A DNA stretch of 59,799 bases, taken from positions 1 through 59,799 of the IMG/VR virus record IMGVR_UViG_3300025687_000048, one strand, 5' to 3'. This stretch comes from a virus (Duplodnaviria > Caudoviricetes). Under the pieces are notes generated by a model. The model made no database searches, was not told the origin of the DNA, and saw only the letters and a program-made list of their open reading frames with translations. Position 1 is the first letter of the stretch. Each line of letters opens with the position of its first letter. Positions 55,377 to 59,799 of this stretch are shown here, in pieces. The position numbers were made by a program, and so were the translations under genes.

Positions 55377-55999
55377 GCGACCTCCTGACAAACGAGCAGA
55401 TCGACGCGCTGGATAAATACGGCGACGAACCAGAAATCTTCGCACACGCCCGAGCCGCCAACGCCGAGATCAAGCGGCTGCAAGAGTTCCACGAAGACGA
55501 CGCGGTGACCATCAACAACTGCAACGCCGAGATCGCCCGCCTCACGTCCCGACTGGAAGAGGCGCAGCGGGCATGGCAGATCATGCGGCACATCAAAGAA
55601 GCTGCATCGACATCGACGTGGGCGACTCCTTGGGGAGACGAAGTTCAAGCAGTCCTCGCCACGGATACCGAGCAGAGCAAGGGGGAGACGGCCCAGCCCC
55701 CCGACAGCGCCTCCGAAGAGCAAGACGAGGGCACGCCCGATCAGTCATGGATCGTGGCTCTGCACAACCTCCGCATCTGCGCGGACGAACTGCACCGCAT
55801 CGGACATGGCGGTGAGGCGCGAATGATCGAAGATGCAGTGAACCGGATCGTCGCTTTCCGGCAGCACATCGCCGTCCGAGCCCGTGCCGAGGTGGTGGAG
55901 CGGATCATCGACGAGTTTGGTAACGGGACAACTCTGCAAGGGAACATCCACTATGCGGACATCCGCGCCCTTGTCTCCCCTACTACCGAGGAAGCGTAG
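55373..55999 (+). CDS. Hypothetical protein (208 aa)
   Basis: GTGA overlap; AAGGAG RBS. Confidence 0.55.
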   Translation: MSDLLTNEQIDALDKYGDEPEIFAHARAANAEIKRLQEFHEDDAVTINNCNAEIARLTSRLEEAQRAWQIMRHIKEAASTSTWATPWGDEVQAVLATDTEQSKGETAQPPDSASEEQDEGTPDQSWIVALHNLRICADELHRIGHGGEARMIEDAVNRIVAFRQHIAVRARAEVVERIIDEFGNGTTLQGNIHYADIRALVSPTTEEA

Positions 56000-56001
56000 A
56001 C

Positions 56002-56193
56002 ATGGATCGCCTTTGCACCAACTGCGTCCACGGTAGGGCGTGGAGCGGCCACGGTGGCGGTGCGGTGTGTCGCTACCCACGCGCACAGGTCCCGGCGCTG
56101 CTCCGTCGAGGAAGAAGCGGCATTGGCGAGAAAGAAGCGGCAAAGCACTGCGACCTCTACGAGCCCCGCCCCACTACCGAGGAGGAGAAGTAG
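56002..56193 (+). CDS. Small Cys-containing protein
   Basis: CTNCVH...C...CDLYE. Confidence 0.5.
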   Translation: MDRLCTNCVHGRAWSGHGGGAVCRYPRAQVPALLRRGRSGIGEKEAAKHCDLYEPRPTTEEEK

Positions 56194-56201
56194 CCGTCCC
56201 G

Positions 56202-56393
56202 ATGGAAGCCACCGTCCCCAGGATCTACATTTCGGTTGCCGAGGCTGCCGAGGCGTCTGGCTTGGGCATTGCCACAATCAAGCGCCGTCTGAGTGCAGGA
56301 GACATCCGCTCCTACAAGATCGGGCGCAGGCGGGTCATTCGGCCCGCAGAACTGGAGGCTGACCTTGAGGCGCTACACGACCAAGAGCGGTAG
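56202..56393 (+). CDS. xis: Excisionase (HTH_17/MerR-like)
   Basis: ISVAEAAEASGLGIATIKR...IRSYKIGRRRVI; overlaps the int start. Confidence 0.85.
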   Translation: MEATVPRIYISVAEAAEASGLGIATIKRRLSAGDIRSYKIGRRRVIRPAELEADLEALHDQER

Positions 56394-57489
56394 GCCCGTC
56401 GAGGGCGTCTACTGGAAGGACGCAGCCTCTGGCCCGCAGATGTGGATTGTCTTCGAAGGCCCGAAGGTCGAGGGCAAGAAGCGCAACCAGAAGTGGCGCC
56501 GGGTGCCCTCCGACAAGCTCGAGGACGCCAAGCGACTGCGCGCCGAGCTCCAGAAGCAGGCCCGCCAGGCAGGACCGACGACCGAGGCCACCGTCGTCGA
56601 GGTGCTCGACGACTACCTCGACAACCTCTCCCCCCGCCTGACGCCGCGCACCCGAGAGCAGTACGCCGTACAGGCCATGCACATCCGCAAGCACTTCCGG
56701 GGGCAGTTCGCCGAGGTCACGCCGTTCGATCTGGAAGCGTTCAGGAACGCCCTACAAGAGGAGTTCTCCCCCGCCTACGTTCACAGCGTCATGTCCTGCC
56801 TGAAGCGCGTCTGCCGGCGGGCTATCGCCCGAGACGTGATCGTCGCCAACCCCTTCGACAAGGTGCCCGTCCCTGATCGTCAGAAGACGCAGCGGAAGGG
56901 CAAGCCACTCACGCCCGACGAGGTCGAGCGGTATCTGGGGGCCTGTCGACAGATGGGGTCGCTCTGGTACGCCTTCTTCCTCTGCGTGATCGACGGCGGT
57001 CTGAGGCAGGGCGAGGCGTGCGGCATGACCTGGGAGAACCTCGATGGCGAGGGCTACGAGGTGACGCACCAGATGGTCCGCAACGGCTCCCTCGAGGCTC
57101 CGAAGGACGATTCCCACGGCTACGTGGTCCTCTCACCCCGGACCCTTGAGGCCGTCGAAACGTACCACGTCACCTGGAAGCAGGAGAACTGGGTGCCCAA
57201 CCACCCGAAGAAGGGGCTGATCTGGCTGCACGAAGGCGACAGGCCGGTGATGCACTGGGTGGCCCTCCAGCGGCACAACAAGGCCCTGAAGGCGGCGAAG
57301 CTGGCCCCGCGCCGGTTCCACGACCTGCGACACACCACCGCCTCACTCATGGCCAACGACGGCGCGACGAGCCTGCAAGTCTCCCGGCAGCTGCGGCACT
57401 CCGACCCGTCCATCACGCAGAAGGTCTACTCGCACCTGTTCGAGGAGCAGAGGCGTGGGGGGCTGCGATTGGATAACAGGATCGGATAA
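56365..57489 (+). CDS. int: Tyrosine integrase (probable TTG start)
   Basis: GLRQGE, HDLRH, LRH, VY catalytic set; NPF linker; GGAGG RBS. Confidence 0.93.
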   Translation: MRRYTTKSGRPVEGVYWKDAASGPQMWIVFEGPKVEGKKRNQKWRRVPSDKLEDAKRLRAELQKQARQAGPTTEATVVEVLDDYLDNLSPRLTPRTREQYAVQAMHIRKHFRGQFAEVTPFDLEAFRNALQEEFSPAYVHSVMSCLKRVCRRAIARDVIVANPFDKVPVPDRQKTQRKGKPLTPDEVERYLGACRQMGSLWYAFFLCVIDGGLRQGEACGMTWENLDGEGYEVTHQMVRNGSLEAPKDDSHGYVVLSPRTLEAVETYHVTWKQENWVPNHPKKGLIWLHEGDRPVMHWVALQRHNKALKAAKLAPRRFHDLRHTTASLMANDGATSLQVSRQLRHSDPSITQKVYSHLFEEQRRGGLRLDNRIG

Positions 57490-57680
57490 CGGTTGGATAA
57501 CAACGAGCCCAGAGCGTGCAGCCAGAGCCGAGGGAATCCCGCTCCTACAGAGCCTCTGTGATCCGAGGTGAGCCTTGCCGTCCTACATCATGCAGATTTG
57601 CAGGTGTGCACCTATACCCCCATAGGGCCGCAACGACTTACAGCGGCGATACCTGCACAGTAGATAACGATTAGATAACA
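57469..57680. promoter_or_regulatory. Second attP-like region
   Basis: Same 3+2 arrangement of RGATAAC repeats as 462-673. Confidence 0.7.
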
Positions 57681-57841
57681 GCGGATGACCGACACCGACC
57701 AGCACTACCTCGCCGCCGACATGCGCCGGTGCCTCGAAGAGGGCTCGCCAGAGACAGGGAACCGTACCGGCTCGGGACGTGCGGAGGTGGCTGAAGGTGC
57801 TGGCCGACCCTCCGATTGCTCACCGTCCTGAGCAGAATTAC

Positions 57842-58072
57842 TCAGTCCCTCGTAGCCACCTCGCCTTGATCGACCGCGCACAGACCCCCGTCGATGGGAC
57901 AGGATAGCACCGCCAGGTCGCCGCACTGGTTCAGGTGGTTGAGGATGCCTTCGCGGGCGACGATCTGCTCCACGGTGGCCTGAGCCCGCTTCTCACCATA
58001 CATCCGCGTCAGGGCGACGGCGATCTCTCCGTGGGTCAGAGGCAGGGGCTTGGCGGCTTGCACGCCGTTCAC
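57842..58072 (-). CDS. Hypothetical protein (76 aa) unique to copy B
   Basis: GTGA overlap with the acidic-protein stop. Confidence 0.5.
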   Translation of the reverse strand: MNGVQAAKPLPLTHGEIAVALTRMYGEKRAQATVEQIVAREGILNHLNQCGDLAVLSCPIDGGLCAVDQGEVATRD

Positions 58073-58302
58073 AGTTCGGGCTCCTCCTCCTCGTCTTCTT
58101 CTTCCTCGGGTTCCTCGTCGACCCACTCAAGGCCGTTGAGCATGGCGATCACCTCGCGGGTGACATCCGGCCCGCCCTCGGCGGCGATGGCGACACAGAT
58201 CGCGGCGATCTCGTCGTCCGAACTCTGCCCGATCTCCTGCAGCACCGCCTCGAGGTCGACGGTGCTGACGATTCGCAGCGTGCGGGTCGTGACGACGCTC
58301 AT
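58069..58302 (-). CDS. Small acidic protein, copy B
   Basis: Homologous to 1491-1715. Confidence 0.8.
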   Translation of the reverse strand: MSVVTTRTLRIVSTVDLEAVLQEIGQSSDDEIAAICVAIAAEGGPDVTREVIAMLNGLEWVDEEPEEEEDEEEEPEL

Positions 58303-59777
58303 GCCGCCTCCCCGTAGTTCCAGTGCTTCCGTAGGTCTGCCGCCATCTGCGCGGCGTAGTCCTGCCCCTCAAGGATGCTCCCGTGCAGCACACAGCGCCC
58401 GTCCTGAATGTGGACGGTGTCGATGGATCGAAAGGGGCTGTCGGGCTCGTAGTAGATGACGCCGACGCCGTTCTGCCAGTTGTGGGTCGGAGAGTTGCCC
58501 GGGATGGGGCCGGGGATCAGCACGCCACACCCGAAAGACGCCGCGGTGTAGTAGGCCGGCCCGTCAAACTCGTGGGACGTTCTCGTGGCGCTCTCAACCC
58601 GGTGGATGTGCCCGTAGCCCTCCGAGTGCGCCTTGCCCTCCGCGAGCGTCTTGCCGGTCGTGCTGCCGCTCTTGGCCCCGACCTCGTTGCCGTGCCGCAG
58701 AGCAAGCCACCGATTCAGCCAGACCTTGCCTTTCGGGTAGTCCTCGTGCTCGGTGATCTTGAGTCGGTGCAGGCCGAGCAGGTTCGTCAGGCTCAACACC
58801 TCCGGCGCGTCGGGCGGCTGGTTGGCCGGGCGGATCTTGTAGAGGCTGATCGTGTGCGAGATGACGGCCTTGCGGATGCGATCGTCGTGGTTGCCCGGCA
58901 GGAAGTCGATCTCTGCCTCGGGGGCCGCGGCGCGGATCTGGCTGAGAATCCACCCTGCCTCGTAGAGCGTCGGCTGGAAGGTGTGATAGAACTCCGGCGA
59001 GCAGAGGTATTTGTCGCTGAAGTCGGGCAGGTCCAGAAGGTCGCCCAGAATCACCACCCGATGCGGGCGCACCTGGCGGATCGTCTGCAGGTAGACATCC
59101 ACCACCCGCCTGTCGTGAAACGGGTTGTGCACGCCCGACCCGAAGTCTCGAGCGAACCCTACGTGGATGTCGGGGACGACGACGCACCGCCGCATCCCGT
59201 CGGCCTTCAGGGGCTTCGTCTTGTGAGGCTTGACGTTGATGTGCGCCGGCTGAAGAGGCGGGATCTCGGTGACGATCGCACGGGCCACCTTGCGGACGAG
59301 CTTGGCCTTTACCTGATACAGCGGCATGGCGACGAGCTGCTGCGACTCGCTGTCGCCCACCTTCGCGCCGACCTCCCAGACGTTGGCCGTCCACGACTCG
59401 ACGTGCCACTCCTCGGGGTCGATGTTGCAGGCCTGCAGCAGATCGTCGAGGCTGCGCGGCTCTCGGTCGATGACCGTAGCCAGTTGCGCGGTGTTGCCGT
59501 CCTCGCTGTAACTGCGCTCTGGTTGCGGGCCGGGCTTCTTCGGCGGCTCCTTCAGGCCATCGGGTCGGTTGGCTCCCGGCTTCCTCGGTGGGACGAGCGG
59601 CTTTCCTGATTCGTCGAAGGTCCGGCGCAGCATCTTCAGGCACGATCCGACAGTTCCCTTTTTCAAGCCGGTGTCTCGGGCGATGTCGCCCTGCCCCCAC
59701 TCCTGACCTCGGGCCATGCCCTTCCAGTAGGAGTCATAGGTGGCTCGCTGGCTGGGGGTCAGGGTGTCGAGGATCAT
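58299..59777 (-). CDS. Metallophosphoesterase with N-terminal HTH, copy B
   Basis: Same motifs as 1712-3187; many synonymous differences. Confidence 0.88.
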   Translation of the reverse strand: MILDTLTPSQRATYDSYWKGMARGQEWGQGDIARDTGLKKGTVGSCLKMLRRTFDESGKPLVPPRKPGANRPDGLKEPPKKPGPQPERSYSEDGNTAQLATVIDREPRSLDDLLQACNIDPEEWHVESWTANVWEVGAKVGDSESQQLVAMPLYQVKAKLVRKVARAIVTEIPPLQPAHINVKPHKTKPLKADGMRRCVVVPDIHVGFARDFGSGVHNPFHDRRVVDVYLQTIRQVRPHRVVILGDLLDLPDFSDKYLCSPEFYHTFQPTLYEAGWILSQIRAAAPEAEIDFLPGNHDDRIRKAVISHTISLYKIRPANQPPDAPEVLSLTNLLGLHRLKITEHEDYPKGKVWLNRWLALRHGNEVGAKSGSTTGKTLAEGKAHSEGYGHIHRVESATRTSHEFDGPAYYTAASFGCGVLIPGPIPGNSPTHNWQNGVGVIYYEPDSPFRSIDTVHIQDGRCVLHGSILEGQDYAAQMAADLRKHWNYGEAA

Positions 59778-59799
59778 GGGGGGCCTCTACGCTCGGCGC

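Larger units (their letters stand above)
1..57007. mobile_element. Complete unit of a temperate podovirus-like phage/prophage (~57.0 kb)
   Basis: Integrase, xis, replication, terminase, portal, capsid, short-tail, ejection and lysis genes are all present. No tape measure or sheath gene. Sequence at 1 recurs at 57008. Confidence 0.93.

Noticed and set aside
1-59799. tRNA/rRNA genes, IS elements, stop-codon recoding
   Set aside because: No cloverleaf, rRNA or transposase recognised by eye; genes are intact in the standard code and end in all three stop codons.

Overview
The window is essentially one complete, high-GC, temperate podovirus-type phage genome of about 57.0 kb, plus about 2.8 kb of a diverged second copy of its integrase/attP end: position 1 corresponds to 57008, and the two copies differ. 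The + strand (48.1-57.5 kb) carries early functions: XRE HTH, Gam-like, ERF, SSB, NinG-like HNH, replication initiator with iterons, xis and int. The - strand (47.6 kb down to 0.9 kb) carries late functions: M15 peptidase endolysin, TerS/TerL, portal, scaffold, N4-gp56-type capsid, tail adaptor/nozzle, ejection proteins, a 5557-aa polyvalent protein, u-spanin-like protein, holin, tail fibre, a PAS protein and a metallophosphoesterase. The best candidate for a new system is that four proteins in virion-gene positions, including the tail fibre, carry Sec-type signal peptides and are rich in D-(S/T)-(A/I/L/V/M/T), the Bacteroidota periplasmic O-glycosylation sequon. This suggests export and host glycosylation of surface virion parts before they join the particle. 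Second, three late promoters are each followed by a similar hairpin-ACAAC-terminator leader, suggesting a dedicated antitermination system. All assignments come from reading motifs by eye; no searches were run. An FCB-superphylum host is inferred, not shown.
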